The notes: generated from the sequence alone by a model not told the origin. A DNA stretch of 32,000 nucleotides from Synechocystis sp. PCC 6803 substr. PCC-P (GCF_000284455.1 NC_017039.1:1980001-2012000); one strand, 5' to 3'. Counted from the stretch's first letter, positions 7,866 through 18,375 are shown. Translations and numbers: made by a program.

Positions 7866-10294
7866 CTGCGTAAACTAACGGCAAATTGTTTGGTCAAAGC
7901 TTCACGAATTTGATTATGTAGGGGTTCCACATCGGCATCGGTGAGGGTTCGATCGCCGACCCGGTAGGCCAAACTAAAGGCGAGACTCCGTTGTCCGGCG
8001 GGGACGGATTGCCCCCGGTATTCATCAAATAGTTCCACCTGCTCGAGTAAATCGCCGCCCGCTTTAACCATGGCTTGGGTCAGTTCCGCCACGGTTAGTT
8101 CCAGGGGAGCATAGAGGGCTAAATCCCTGGCCACCGCTGGGTAAGGGGAATAAGGACGGAAATCGGGAGTACCCAGAATTTGGGTTTCCATGGCTTGGTA
8201 TAGGGGGGTTAGGGTGATTTCAAAGGCGTAAACCTCATCAATCAGACCTTTTTCCCGGCGTAATTGGGGATGGAGTTGCCCAAAGCGTCCTAACACTGTT
8301 CCGTTACAGCTCAACAGGGCGGTGCGACCGGGATGGAGGCGGGGATCTTGGTGATCGCCGCTGTAGGTGACGGTTGCCCCCAAACGCTGAAAGATGGCCT
8401 CTAATAAACCTTTGGCATCGTACCAGCTCATGGGTTGGGGTTTACCACCCTGGGGCCAGGTGCCTTCGGTAATCTGGGATCCGCCGCAAATGCCCGCCAG
8501 GTGGTCCGCCTCACCGATGTCTCCTTCGTTCTGCCAAAAGACCCGACCCACTTCAAAGGCATTCAAAGCCCCATTATTTTGGGCCTGGTTGTTGGCAAAG
8601 GCGGTAATCAAACCATCGAGTAAATTGGTGCGGAGAGCGGAATATTCCGCAAAGAGGGGGTTAGCCAGCATCACTTCAGACCCGTGGGGTTTCACTAAGG
8701 AGTAATGAACTACCTCGGTTAAACCTACTCCTCGACAGGCTTCCCGTAGGGCTAACTCAGCTTGATAGGAGGGGGATAAACCACCGGCAATGGTATTGGA
8801 GGGTAACTGCTCACAGAAGTGGTCATAGCCGTACAGTCGGGCTACTTCCTCAATTAGGTCAATTTCCCGTTCAATATCCCGTTGACGGTAGGAGGGTACT
8901 GTCACAGCCCACACCGGAGTGTCACTGTCTGATTGTCGGGTTAATCCACAACCCAGATCGGTCAAAATTCTTTCCACATCTTCAGCGGTAATATTACCGA
9001 TGCCGGTGGGGGTGTTTACTTTACCCAGCAATTGTTGCAAGCGTTCCAAACGCAGATTAATTATCGCTTCCCCTCGGTCTTGCCGCTGATCGGCTTTACC
9101 TTGGCGGACTACGGTGCCCCCGGCCAATTCCGTCATTAGGGCGATCGCCCGGTGCAAAGCGACTTCCAATTCACACCGGTTCACGCCCCGTTCATAGCGG
9201 GTGGAAGATTCACTGCGGAGATTAATGGCCTTACTGGATTTGCGGATGGTGACCCCATCAAATAGGGCGGTTTCCAGCACAATATTTTGGGTATTTTCAT
9301 CCACCTCTGTAGCGGCTCCCCCCATCACCCCGGCGATCGCCACTGGTTGGTCGTTGGCAGTAACCAATAAATTTTGGGGTTGCAAAGTCCGTTCCTGGTC
9401 ATCCAGGGTAATTAACTTTTCCCCTTCCTCAGCAAAGCGTACCCCCAGGGCAAACCCTTCTGGGCCAACTAGGGTTTGCAATTTATCCTGGTCAAAGCTG
9501 TGCAAGGGCTGACCCCATTCCAACAGCACGTAATTGGTCACGTCCACCACGTTGTTGATGGGCCTAGTTCCCGCCGCTAACAGTCTTTGTTGTAACCAAT
9601 CCGGGGAAGGACCCACTTTGACTCCCCGTATTACTGTGCCCACATAGGTAGGACAAGCCTGGGGTTCCGTCACACTGATGGGCAAATCCTGGTCGGATAC
9701 CGATACCGCTTTTATCTCCGGTAGGCTCAGCTTACCTCCAGTGAGGGCGGCCACTTCCCTGGCTACCCCCACCATACTGAGGGCATCGGCCCGGTTGGCG
9801 GTGGGGCTAATTTCTAGAATGACATCGTCTAAACCGAGTAGGGGCCCCACAGGACTACCCGAGGGCAAGTCCAAGTCTGGAAAAATATGAATACCTTCAG
9901 ACTCCTTACTCAGACCCAATTCCGCTAGGGAACAAATCATGCCGGAAGATTTTACCCCCCTTAACTTGGCGGGTTTAATTTTTAGATCTACTTTGGGTAA
10001 GTAACTGCCCAGGGTGGCCACCGGTACCAAAATATCTGCCCTGACATTGGCAGCACCACAGACGATGGTAGAAGGCTCCTCTGTCCCAATATCCACCACG
10101 CAAACGCTTAATTTATCGGCATTGGGGTGTTTTTCCCGGGAAATTACTCGCCCCAGCACCACCCCCGCTGCCCAGCTCCGACGGTCTTCAATTTCTTCCA
10201 CTTCCAAACCGGCGATCGTTAGCAATTCCCCAAGCTCTTCTGGAGACAAATTAAGTTCAACCAGGGATTGCAGCCAGTTGACAGAGATGCGCAT
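7862..10294 (-). CDS. pheT: Phenylalanine--tRNA ligase beta subunit
   Basis: 810 aa starting [12 protein letters not shown].... It has the N-terminal tRNA-binding domain, B3/4 and B5 domains, and the C-terminal FDX-ACB domain that are typical of PheT. Confidence 0.95.
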   Translation of the reverse strand: MRISVNWLQSLVELNLSPEELGELLTIAGLEVEEIEDRRSWAAGVVLGRVISREKHPNADKLSVCVVDIGTEEPSTIVCGAANVRADILVPVATLGSYLPKVDLKIKPAKLRGVKSSGMICSLAELGLSKESEGIHIFPDLDLPSGSPVGPLLGLDDVILEISPTANRADALSMVGVAREVAALTGGKLSLPEIKAVSVSDQDLPISVTEPQACPTYVGTVIRGVKVGPSPDWLQQRLLAAGTRPINNVVDVTNYVLLEWGQPLHSFDQDKLQTLVGPEGFALGVRFAEEGEKLITLDDQERTLQPQNLLVTANDQPVAIAGVMGGAATEVDENTQNIVLETALFDGVTIRKSSKAINLRSESSTRYERGVNRCELEVALHRAIALMTELAGGTVVRQGKADQRQDRGEAIINLRLERLQQLLGKVNTPTGIGNITAEDVERILTDLGCGLTRQSDSDTPVWAVTVPSYRQRDIEREIDLIEEVARLYGYDHFCEQLPSNTIAGGLSPSYQAELALREACRGVGLTEVVHYSLVKPHGSEVMLANPLFAEYSALRTNLLDGLITAFANNQAQNNGALNAFEVGRVFWQNEGDIGEADHLAGICGGSQITEGTWPQGGKPQPMSWYDAKGLLEAIFQRLGATVTYSGDHQDPRLHPGRTALLSCNGTVLGRFGQLHPQLRREKGLIDEVYAFEITLTPLYQAMETQILGTPDFRPYSPYPAVARDLALYAPLELTVAELTQAMVKAGGDLLEQVELFDEYRGQSVPAGQRSLAFSLAYRVGDRTLTDADVEPLHNQIREALTKQFAVSLRS

Positions 10295-10577
10295 GGGTTT
10301 CCTTTTCTACTGATTTGTATTAATGCTTGCTTAGTTTGCGATGGCGTCAGCGGCATCTATTGTATCGCTGAAGGCATTACCCCAGGCCACTCCGGGTCAT
10401 GTTTACAACTTTCGGAACAAATTTATAGCTCTGGAAGCTCAATGAACCAAAGTTTCCCACTAACTAGCCTAAAATAGAGTGGCCTTCCCCATCCCATCAA
10501 CCCTCGGAAAATTTAACGAATTTAATACAGCATAGGTTAATAGGTTAGTCTTACATCACACCATCTGGTGAACCGGA

Positions 10578-12302
10578 ATGAGTTTTTGCGTTAATCCCAA
10601 TTGTCCCCATCCGAAAAACCCCAATAATGTGCAGGTATGCCAGGCCTGTGGGAATAGTCTGCGCCTCAACGGCCGTTACCAAACCTTGGGTTTATTAGGA
10701 AAAGGGGGATTTGGGGCCACCTTTGCCGCAGCGGACGTGGCACTGCCGGGGACTCCCATTTGTGTGGTGAAGCAGTTACGGCCCCAAACCGATGATCCCA
10801 ATGTGTTCCGTATGGCCAAGGAACTGTTTGAGCGGGAAGCCCAGACCCTGGGTCGGGTGGGCAATCATCCCCAAGTGCCCCGTTTACTGGATTATTTTGA
10901 GGACGATCACCAGTTTTATTTAGTGCAAGAGTATGTTAAGGGGCATAATTTGCACCAAGAAGTGAAAAAAAATGGCACTTTTACCGAGGGGAGTGTCAAG
11001 CAATTTTTAACAGAAATATTACCTATCCTTGACTATATCCATTCCCAAAAGGTTATTCATCGGGATATTAAGCCTGCCAACCTCATTAGGCGGCAAACAG
11101 ACCAGAAATTAGTGCTGATCGATTTTGGCGCAGTGAAAAATCAAATTGATTCGGTCCTCTCTTCCAACACCTCTGCCCAAACGGCCTTAACGGCCTTTGC
11201 GGTGGGCACCGCCGGCTTTGCTCCCCCGGAACAGATGGCCATGCGGCCAGTTTACGCCAGTGATATTTATGCCACCGGGGTAACTTGTTTGTATTTACTA
11301 ACTGGTAAGACCCCCAAGGAGATTGATTGCAATAGCCAAACCGGGGAGATGGACTGGGAAAAACATGTGACAGTTTCCAGCAAATTTGCTGAAGTGATCC
11401 GCAAAATGTTGGAACTTTCTGTGCGCCACCGTTACAAGAGTGCCCAACAGGTGCTGGATGCCCTGGAGATGCCCACCTATGAGGATGGCATGATGCAGGG
11501 CATGGTTTCTACCCCCTTTACTACCCTAACAGGAGCTGGGGACGAGCCGGCCACGGGTATCCGCATGGGGAATAGTTCTTCTCCAGACTATGGCGACCCA
11601 TCCACCCGATTTAACACCAATGTCCAGCCCAGGGACCCTAGTTCCACTAGCCTGAATACTGGCATTAAAACCCGCACAGCTAAACCGAGGCAAAGTCCCA
11701 GGGATAGGGCTACCAGCAATATTGAGTCTCCGACCACCAGGGTACGTCCTGCCTCCAATATGGCGGATGGAGGCTCTGTTGGGGCAGGGGGGATTGACTA
11801 CAACATGGTTAACCCAAAACCCTTTTCCCGTCGGGAAGAAGAAAAGCAGGCGATCGCCAACCAACCGGAGACTAAACGTTGGAATGGCAAAACTTTTTTG
11901 GCGGAGTATGCCCAGGGTAAAAGGGATTTTGCCGATCAGAATTTAGTGGGCATAGTGTTAGCTAAGGCGTTTGTGCCGGGGATTAATTGTTATCAGGCTA
12001 ATCTGACCAATGCTAATTTTGAGCAAGCGGAGCTCACTAGGGCAGACTTTGGCAAGGCCCGCTTGAAAAATGTCATCTTCAAAGGGGCTAATTTGAGCGA
12101 TGCCTACTTTGGCTATGCTGACCTGCGGGGGGCAGATCTACGGGGAGCAAATCTCAACGGTGTTAATTTTAAATACGCCAATCTCCAGGGGGCCAATTTC
12201 TCCGGGGCGGATTTGGGTTCAGCCAAAGTATCCCCAGAGCAGTTGAAGCTTGCTAAAACCAATTGGCGCACGGTTATGCCCGGTTCTGGTCGGCGGAGAT
12301 AG
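10578..12302 (+). CDS. spkB: Eukaryotic-type Ser/Thr protein kinase with N-terminal Cys4 motif and C-terminal pentapeptide repeats (SpkB)
   Basis: 574 aa. The Cys motif is C4-X4-C9-X11-C21-X2-C24. The kinase core shows GKGGFGATF, VVK, HRDIKPANL, DFG and APE. A Pro/Ser/Thr/Arg-rich linker follows, then an A(N/D)LXX pentapeptide array (ANLTNANFEQAELTRADFGKARL...GADLRGANLNGVNFKYANLQGANFSGADL). Confidence 0.9.
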   Translation: MSFCVNPNCPHPKNPNNVQVCQACGNSLRLNGRYQTLGLLGKGGFGATFAAADVALPGTPICVVKQLRPQTDDPNVFRMAKELFEREAQTLGRVGNHPQVPRLLDYFEDDHQFYLVQEYVKGHNLHQEVKKNGTFTEGSVKQFLTEILPILDYIHSQKVIHRDIKPANLIRRQTDQKLVLIDFGAVKNQIDSVLSSNTSAQTALTAFAVGTAGFAPPEQMAMRPVYASDIYATGVTCLYLLTGKTPKEIDCNSQTGEMDWEKHVTVSSKFAEVIRKMLELSVRHRYKSAQQVLDALEMPTYEDGMMQGMVSTPFTTLTGAGDEPATGIRMGNSSSPDYGDPSTRFNTNVQPRDPSSTSLNTGIKTRTAKPRQSPRDRATSNIESPTTRVRPASNMADGGSVGAGGIDYNMVNPKPFSRREEEKQAIANQPETKRWNGKTFLAEYAQGKRDFADQNLVGIVLAKAFVPGINCYQANLTNANFEQAELTRADFGKARLKNVIFKGANLSDAYFGYADLRGADLRGANLNGVNFKYANLQGANFSGADLGSAKVSPEQLKLAKTNWRTVMPGSGRRR

Positions 12303-12404
12303 GCTTAGGTCCAAAATCTCCACTGTTTCTGACCAAACCAAGCATTAGGGTAAAAACTCCCATTTCCCCTTGGGGCCAGAGCGTCACTAGCAGTGTCAGT
12401 AACC

Positions 12405-13073
12405 CTAATTAACTAATCCGGAGCGGATGGCCCTCACCGCCGCCTGGGTGCGGTCATTGGCGCAGAGCTTGTTGAGGATATTCCGTACATGGGTCTTAAC
12501 TGTGCCCACGGTGATATAGAGTTTTTCCGCAATGTCGGCATTACTACAACCGTCCACAATCAACTGCAGAACCTCCAGCTCCCGTTCCGTCAACCCATAG
12601 GACAAAGAGGTGCGGCTGGGGGAAGATGGTTCCGATGGCTCCGCCCCTGGGGCATGGGCCAAAACTATTCTGGCGATCGCCGGATCAATCCAGGCAAAAC
12701 CACCATGGGTGGCTTGAATCGCTTCAATTAACAATTCAGTGCGGCTATCTTTCATGCAATAGGCATCGGCTCCAGCACTGAAGGCGGCCAATACTGTTTC
12801 TTCTTGGTCATTGAGGGTCAAAATCACTACCCGACATTGGCAATTGAGCGGGCCTTTTTTCAACTGTTGGGTGACATCAATGCCGTTCATGTCGGGCAGG
12901 CCAATATCGATGATTACCACATCGGGCCGTGTTTGTTGCATCATCACCAATCCCAACCGGCCATTGGCGGCTTCCCCCACCCACTCAAAACTGGGTTCCA
13001 TGGTCAAAGCATCCTGCAAACCTTGGCGAATCAAATCTTCATCTTCAATTAAGGCAATGCGAATTTTCTCCAT
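12405..13073 (-). CDS. NarL/FixJ-family response regulator (REC plus LuxR-type HTH)
   Basis: 222 aa. The REC domain shows IALIEDEDLIRQGL, VVIIDIGLPDMNG and AYCMK. The C-terminus is the LuxR HTH LTERELEVLQLIVDGCSNADIAEKLYITVGTVKTHVRNILNKL. Confidence 0.9.
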   Translation of the reverse strand: MEKIRIALIEDEDLIRQGLQDALTMEPSFEWVGEAANGRLGLVMMQQTRPDVVIIDIGLPDMNGIDVTQQLKKGPLNCQCRVVILTLNDQEETVLAAFSAGADAYCMKDSRTELLIEAIQATHGGFAWIDPAIARIVLAHAPGAEPSEPSSPSRTSLSYGLTERELEVLQLIVDGCSNADIAEKLYITVGTVKTHVRNILNKLCANDRTQAAVRAIRSGLVN

Positions 13074-13174
13074 GGTCAGGACATTGGCAATGGTATGGGA
13101 TAATTTTTCGTCACAGTAAGCAGGGTCTAGGCAAGGGCAGGTCCTTACCCAATATTAGGCACCATATCACTGGA

Positions 13175-16100
13175 TCAACCAGTATTACGCATTCCGGCCG
13201 CAATACCGTTAATGGTTAACAGAGCTCCCCGCAGTAGTTCTTCTTTGGAATAACGACGGTAACGCACGCCGCTGGTCTCCGCTTCCTGGGTTACTTGGCG
13301 TAAACGTTTCAGCAGGGAAATCTGCAGTAGCCCCAGGGGAACAATAGTACGATTTCGTAGGAGTACCGACCGTTGCAAAGAGCGATCGCCGTCCAGGAGG
13401 TGGGGATGGGCCGTAATTTCCATGGCAAAGTCCCTGGTTAATTGATACTCTTGCTTGATCTGCTGAAAAAGGCGATCGAATCGTTCCCGGTCTTCTGGCT
13501 TAGATAGCTCTTGCACATAGTGGGAAGCGATGGTGAGGTCCACCTTGGAAAGGGTCATTTCCACCTTCGAGATCACCATGTTGAAGAAAGGCCATTTGAA
13601 ATAGAAGTAACGCAACAACTTCATATTTTTGACCGGGTCTTGGTCCACAAAGGATTTCAACGCCGTGCCCACCCCATACCAAGCCGGCAGCAGGAAACGG
13701 GTTTGGGTCCAACTGAACACCCAGGGAATGGCCCGCAAACTGCTGAGATCCGCTTTACCCCCCTTACGTCGGGCAGGGCGGGAACTAATCTGTAACTCGC
13801 TAATTTCAGGAATGGGGGTAACCGTCAGGAAGAAATCTAAAAAGTCCGGTTCTTCGTAAATCAAACTCCGGTAGGCTCGACGGGCAGTGCAGGCCAACTC
13901 CTCCATAATCCGGTTCCAGGGCTCAATGAAATCAAAACTACTTTTAAGTAAACTAGCTTGGATGACCGCCGTGGTTAAAGTTTCCAGGTTGTAGAGGGCC
14001 AACTCTGGCAGGGAATATTTAGAAGCTAACACTTCCCCTTGTTCGGTAATTTTGATCCGACCGTCCACGGTGCCTGCGGGCTGGGCCAAAATGGCTTTAT
14101 AGGCCGGGCCGCCCCCCCGGCCAACAGATCCTCCTCGACCGTGGAACAGCCGGAGAATTACCCGATGGCTTTGGGCCACTGCCTGCAGTGATTTTTGGGC
14201 CTTATGAATTTCCCAGTTACTGCTCAAAAAGCCGGAGTCTTTATTGCTGTCGGAATAGCCCACCATAATTTCCTGGAGATTGCCGGGATTTAGTAGGGCT
14301 GTGGTGGTGGGAATTTGGTAATAATCCGGTGGCTGATTTTGCAACTCTTTTAAGGAATGGTAACTGCCCGCCAATGTAGCCCGGTAAAAAGGCAAGCTGA
14401 AAAGAGAATCCATAATCCCCGGAGCGTTTTTGAGATCTTCTACTGTTTCAAACAGGGGCACAATGCGGAGGGAATTGGAGGCGGTGGCCGGGTCATACAA
14501 TCCGGCTTCCTTGGCTAACAGCAATACTTCCAACACATCACTGGCATCGTTGGTCATGCTGATGATGTAGGTTTGGCAAATATCCACCCCAAATTCCATT
14601 TGTAGATGGCGCAGGGTGCGGAGGGTTTCAATGGTTTCCCTAGTCCGCTCCGAAAAGGGCATTTCCTGGGGAATTAAAGGACGGCGGGTTTGCAGTTCTA
14701 CCCCTAACCAGGCTAATTTATCTTCTTCGGCCATTTCTTCGTAGGGAGTGGTGAGTACCCCCATATACTCAGCAATTTCGGCGATCGCCTCGGCGTGGCG
14801 GGAAGATTCCTGGCGAAAATCCAACTGGGCTAGGTTAAAGCCATAGACTTCCAACTGGGTAATCAAATTTTCCAACTCCAGGCAGGTTAAACCAGTTTCG
14901 GTCAGATTACGCTGAATGAGTCTTAATTCCTCTAATAATTCTTCCCCAGTGCGATAGTGATTTTCGGCCGGCATGGTGATCATCGTTTGCCGTTCTTCTG
15001 GGTTGGCTAGACGATTATTACGCCGCAGGGTGTTTTCCAGCCGTTTGGTAACGTAGGCCAGCTTCATCCGATAGGGTTCCTGGCGATAGCGGAGAGAAAG
15101 TTCTTCGTAAATTTCCGGTAATTGAATGCGGTCCCGTTCCAAAGAGTCCAACAATTCCTGGGAGACTTTGCACCAATGGAGGGAAGGGCTAAGAATGGCC
15201 ACCAGTTCCCCCAAACTAAACAAATATTTCCCCAGCACTAAACCCCGCTGGTAACAGGCCGTCTGCCAGGTCACTTCTGGGGTTACCGAAGGGTTGCCGT
15301 CCCGATCGCCACCGACCCAGGAGCCAAAATAACAAAAATTAGCCCGGGGGGCCCGCAGATGGGGAAAGGTTTCTTTAATAGCTTGTCCTAACCGTTTGGA
15401 CAATTCCGGTACAGCGTCGAACAGTACTTCATCAAAATAATGGAGGGAATAGTCCACTTCGTCCAACACAGTGGGTTTGAACTGATGAAGTTCGTCGGTA
15501 CGCCACCAAAAGCGAATTTCCTCCGTTAATTGGGCGATCGCCGTTTTTGCATCCCAGGTGTTGAGCCAGTCCCGACCGGTCACAGAACCCTGGAGTTGAT
15601 CTAGTTTACGAAGAATGCGGTCCACCCTTCTTTGTTTGCGCCGGATGGTGTGACGGACAATTTCCGTGGGGTGAGCGGTGATCACCAGGCGAATGTCCAG
15701 ATGATCCAATAAATTTTGGATATGTTGGGGGGGCACATTGAGGCGTTTTAGCTCCCTCATTAACCAATGGAACGTACCTACAGAAGCTTGCAATTCATTC
15801 TGGTCAATGCCCACTGGCAATGGTTCCGTTGACGCGCCTAATCGGGATGGGGGGACCATTTCTTCCTCATTGCCCGCCTGCTCATAGAAGTTGGTTTCCT
15901 GGGAAGCTTCCCAACGATTCCGTTGTTGCTCGTTTTGTTCGTAGTGCTGTTCAACGATGTTGATCAACTGGAAATATAGGGCAAAGGCCCGAGCCGCCCG
16001 GATGGCATCATTGAGTTCTAAATGCTCAATGCGCTGGGTAATACCCATGATGACTTCTTCGGAAATTTCGCTGGTGATCGCCTCATGGGTACCCTGAAGC

Positions 16101-16279
16101 CTTAATTCCGTCAGCAAATCCACCAATTCCTGGCCACATTCGCTTTGGAGCACCCTTTCCCACAATTCCTCCACCATCTTTAACCGCTGGTAAAGCACCG
16201 ACTCTTCTTCAGAGTTGGAACCATTGCCATTACCAGACCAGTTAGTGGAAAGACCGAATGCAGGAACTGCCAAGTTCAT
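13175..16279 (-). CDS. ppc: Phosphoenolpyruvate carboxylase
   Basis: 1034 aa. PEPC signatures are VITAHPTE, the [12 protein letters not shown]-type motif, [14 protein letters not shown], and the C-terminal ...GMRNTG. Confidence 0.97.
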   Translation of the reverse strand: MNLAVPAFGLSTNWSGNGNGSNSEEESVLYQRLKMVEELWERVLQSECGQELVDLLTELRLQGTHEAITSEISEEVIMGITQRIEHLELNDAIRAARAFALYFQLINIVEQHYEQNEQQRNRWEASQETNFYEQAGNEEEMVPPSRLGASTEPLPVGIDQNELQASVGTFHWLMRELKRLNVPPQHIQNLLDHLDIRLVITAHPTEIVRHTIRRKQRRVDRILRKLDQLQGSVTGRDWLNTWDAKTAIAQLTEEIRFWWRTDELHQFKPTVLDEVDYSLHYFDEVLFDAVPELSKRLGQAIKETFPHLRAPRANFCYFGSWVGGDRDGNPSVTPEVTWQTACYQRGLVLGKYLFSLGELVAILSPSLHWCKVSQELLDSLERDRIQLPEIYEELSLRYRQEPYRMKLAYVTKRLENTLRRNNRLANPEERQTMITMPAENHYRTGEELLEELRLIQRNLTETGLTCLELENLITQLEVYGFNLAQLDFRQESSRHAEAIAEIAEYMGVLTTPYEEMAEEDKLAWLGVELQTRRPLIPQEMPFSERTRETIETLRTLRHLQMEFGVDICQTYIISMTNDASDVLEVLLLAKEAGLYDPATASNSLRIVPLFETVEDLKNAPGIMDSLFSLPFYRATLAGSYHSLKELQNQPPDYYQIPTTTALLNPGNLQEIMVGYSDSNKDSGFLSSNWEIHKAQKSLQAVAQSHRVILRLFHGRGGSVGRGGGPAYKAILAQPAGTVDGRIKITEQGEVLASKYSLPELALYNLETLTTAVIQASLLKSSFDFIEPWNRIMEELACTARRAYRSLIYEEPDFLDFFLTVTPIPEISELQISSRPARRKGGKADLSSLRAIPWVFSWTQTRFLLPAWYGVGTALKSFVDQDPVKNMKLLRYFYFKWPFFNMVISKVEMTLSKVDLTIASHYVQELSKPEDRERFDRLFQQIKQEYQLTRDFAMEITAHPHLLDGDRSLQRSVLLRNRTIVPLGLLQISLLKRLRQVTQEAETSGVRYRRYSKEELLRGALLTINGIAAGMRNTG

Positions 16280-16423
16280 GGGAACCTCTAGGACAAGATG
16301 GTGACGCTAACAACATCCAGAATGCGTTGCTACTGTACAAGATACTACGGGATTATCCCTACCTCACTCCGCATCCCAGGCTACAGCCAGCGATTTGTCG
16401 ATGCCCCTCCCAGATTAGGGCAG

Positions 16424-16445
16424 AAAAAAACCCCTGGAGCAGGGG
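16424..16445 (-). terminator. Rho-independent terminator of the small minus-strand ORF
   Basis: The minus strand reads CCCCTG-CTC-CAGGGG followed directly by TTTTTTT (plus-strand A-run 16424..16430). It lies 80 nt downstream of the ORF stop at 16525 and upstream of the ppc promoter region. Confidence 0.65.
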
Positions 16446-16524
16446 GAGGAAGAAGACAATGGACTAGGACACTAAAAGCCAAAATCACCGCAACCATAGA
16501 TGAACAAAAACTAAATAGTGGCGT

Positions 16525-16737
16525 TTAGTAAGCTAAAGTTTCCAGGGTTTGACGAAGGTAGTGGCGCACTTGGGCGTCCAGCAGGGGAGGGGCCACAGTT
16601 TCTGTTTTGGACACCACAGCCTCGCCGTTATCATCCTGCCAGCATTTGAAACCGGAGCTATCGGCTATCGCCAATTTGAGACTGTTCCAGATGGCGGAAT
16701 CAGAGTTAGAAGCAGATGCAAGGGTAGCAGTAGTCAT
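16525..16737 (-). CDS. Small hypothetical protein (70 aa)
   Basis: The track ORF is 97 aa from 16818. I prefer the internal ATG at 16737 (MTTATLASASNSDSAIWNSLKLAIADSSGFKCWQDDNGEAV...YLRQTLETLAY), because the extension (MAVFSCYLKVTSDPVRCFLTTTARYKN) looks non-protein-like. A canonical terminator lies downstream. I recognise no domain. Confidence 0.5.
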   Translation of the reverse strand: MTTATLASASNSDSAIWNSLKLAIADSSGFKCWQDDNGEAVVSKTETVAPPLLDAQVRHYLRQTLETLAY

Positions 16738-17020
16738 ATTTTTATATCTCGCAGTGGTGGTCAGGAAGCAACGAACGGGGTCCGACGTGACTTTGAGGTA
16801 ACAGCTAAATACAGCCATTTTGTCGGCCTTAGCTCAACTACCTTCAGGTTAACCCAACTCCGGCGAGCTGGACTGTCAACTTAAGCACAATTGTAAAGAA
16901 AATTCAACAAACTTGCCATCACCGGGAATCAATGGACTGGGTTAGGATTGGGGAGAAGGGGAGCATTTCCCCCCTGGTTGCTAATTTTCCGGCTTTAACC
17001 GCAAGCCCAAGCTATTTCCT

Positions 17021-17479
17021 ATGTCCCCTGTTTATCTCTGGATTGTAGCAGGCACCATACTCTGCCTTGTGGAAGTTATCTTCCCAGTGGATTTTGTGGC
17101 CGTTGTGATGGGATTAAGCGCTGTGGCTACCGCTGGAGTGGCCCTATTGGTCCCCGGCAGTTTTGCGCTCCAGTCCCTTTTTTGGTTGGGGTTATCGGTG
17201 TTGTCGATTATTTTACTGCGGCGTTTTCTGCCCCGGCCCAGCCGCAAAAGCATTCTCCAGGATGCAGTGGAAGGGCAATGTCTAACAGCTATTTTGCCCG
17301 GGGAAACCGGTCGGGTGCTCTATGAGGGCAACTCCTGGCGAGCGGAATGTCAGGATCCCGATGTGGCGATCGCCGTCAATGAAAAGGTTTATGTGGTGGG
17401 GCGCAGTGGCAATACGTTATTGGTTTATCCGGCCAATGCTCTCCAAGGGCGATCGGACATCCAACACCCCAATTTCTGA
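17021..17479 (+). CDS. NfeD-like membrane protein (short form: TM helices plus C-terminal OB-fold)
   Basis: 152 aa. There are 3 or so hydrophobic helices at the N-terminus (LWIVAGTILCLVEVIFP, AVVMGLSAVATAGVALLV, LFWLGLSVLSIILL). A soluble beta-rich tail follows (GRVLYEGNSWRAEC...VYVVGRSGNTLLV), which is typical of NfeD. Confidence 0.7.
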   Translation: MSPVYLWIVAGTILCLVEVIFPVDFVAVVMGLSAVATAGVALLVPGSFALQSLFWLGLSVLSIILLRRFLPRPSRKSILQDAVEGQCLTAILPGETGRVLYEGNSWRAECQDPDVAIAVNEKVYVVGRSGNTLLVYPANALQGRSDIQHPNF

Positions 17480-17490
17480 TAAGAAGAGTG

Positions 17491-18375
17491 ATGCGAATTT
17501 TGGTAACAAACCCAGCCCCCATGACCTGTTTACCCCCGTGGATAATTATTGATCCTTGGCTCCAGCAATGGTTGGCGGAGGATATTGGCCGGGGAGATTG
17601 GTCTACCCAGGGTCTCGGTTTACAGCATCGAGGCCAGGCCCGCTGGGTAGCAAAGGAAAATGGTGTGATAGCTGGATTACCCATGGCCGCCCGTATTTTT
17701 CAGCTTTTGGATCCCTCCATGGAATTCCAAGTCTTGGCTGGGGAAGGGCAAGCGGTGACTGCGAGCACGGTGGTGGCCACCATGGCAGGGAATTTAGGCA
17801 GTTTACTGACTGGGGAAAGGGTAGCTCTTAATTTGGTGATGGGTTTAAGCGGCATTGCCACCATGACCAGACAATACGTCCAGGCGATCGCCGACTATCC
17901 CACCCGCTTTGTCGATACGAGAAAAACCACCCCAGGGCTGCGGGTGTTGGAAAAATATGCCAGTCGTTTGGGGGGAGCCATGAACCATCGCCTTGGCCTG
18001 GATGATGCGGTAATGGTCAAGGATAATCATATTCAAGCGGCGGGAAGTATTACAAAAGCAGTGCAAACCCTACGGCAAAATTTGCCCTATCCCTTGGCCA
18101 TTGAAGTGGAAACCAGCAATTTGGAGGAAGTACAGGAGGCGATCGCCACCCAGGTGGAAATTATTATGCTGGATAATATGGGCACCGACACCATGGCCAC
18201 TGCCGTCAAATTAATCCGCCAAGCTAATCCCCTGATCCGCATTGAAGCTTCCGGCAACGTTACCCTGGCCAATCTAACGGCGATCGCCAGCACCGGGGTG
18301 GACTTTATCTCCAGCAGTGCCCCCATCACCCGTTCTCCCTGGTTAGACTTAAGTATGCAAATTGTACGAAATTGA
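17491..18375 (+). CDS. nadC: Nicotinate-nucleotide diphosphorylase (quinolinate phosphoribosyltransferase)
   Basis: LAEDIGRGDWSTQ, ERVALNL, TRKTTPGLR, KDNH and MLDN are QPRTase motifs. GTG 17488, ATG 17491 and a later ATG (MTCLPP...) are all possible starts. Confidence 0.9.
   Translation: MRILVTNPAPMTCLPPWIIIDPWLQQWLAEDIGRGDWSTQGLGLQHRGQARWVAKENGVIAGLPMAARIFQLLDPSMEFQVLAGEGQAVTASTVVATMAGNLGSLLTGERVALNLVMGLSGIATMTRQYVQAIADYPTRFVDTRKTTPGLRVLEKYASRLGGAMNHRLGLDDAVMVKDNHIQAAGSITKAVQTLRQNLPYPLAIEVETSNLEEVQEAIATQVEIIMLDNMGTDTMATAVKLIRQANPLIRIEASGNVTLANLTAIASTGVDFISSSAPITRSPWLDLSMQIVRN

Noticed and set aside
8394-10313. Several 62-103-aa plus-strand ORFs within pheT
   Set aside because: All are antisense to the 810-aa PheT frame and are Ser/Pro/Ala/Trp-rich, which is typical of shadow ORFs.
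10268-10477. 69-aa plus-strand ORF spanning the pheT start and the pheT/spkB spacer
   Set aside because: It starts inside pheT on the opposite strand, has no RBS and is Cys-rich with odd composition. The region is more likely the divergent promoter DNA.
12303-12404. CCCCTTGGGG palindrome in the convergent spkB/regulator spacer as a terminator
   Set aside because: The stem is only 3-4 bp once a loop is allowed, and there is no U-tract.
12489-13219. Four plus-strand ORFs (80-102 aa) opposite the NarL-type regulator
   Set aside because: They are antisense shadows of a gene with clear REC and LuxR-HTH motifs.
16258-16528. Two plus-strand ORFs (69 and 76 aa) upstream of ppc
   Set aside because: They run through the minus-strand terminator (16424..16445) and the ppc start. 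They have no RBS and an Arg/Pro/Gly-rich translation.
16738-16818. 27-codon N-terminal extension of the small minus-strand ORF
   Set aside because: The extension is hydrophobic and Cys-rich without signal-peptide character. The internal ATG is preceded by a -10-like element. The choice remains uncertain.
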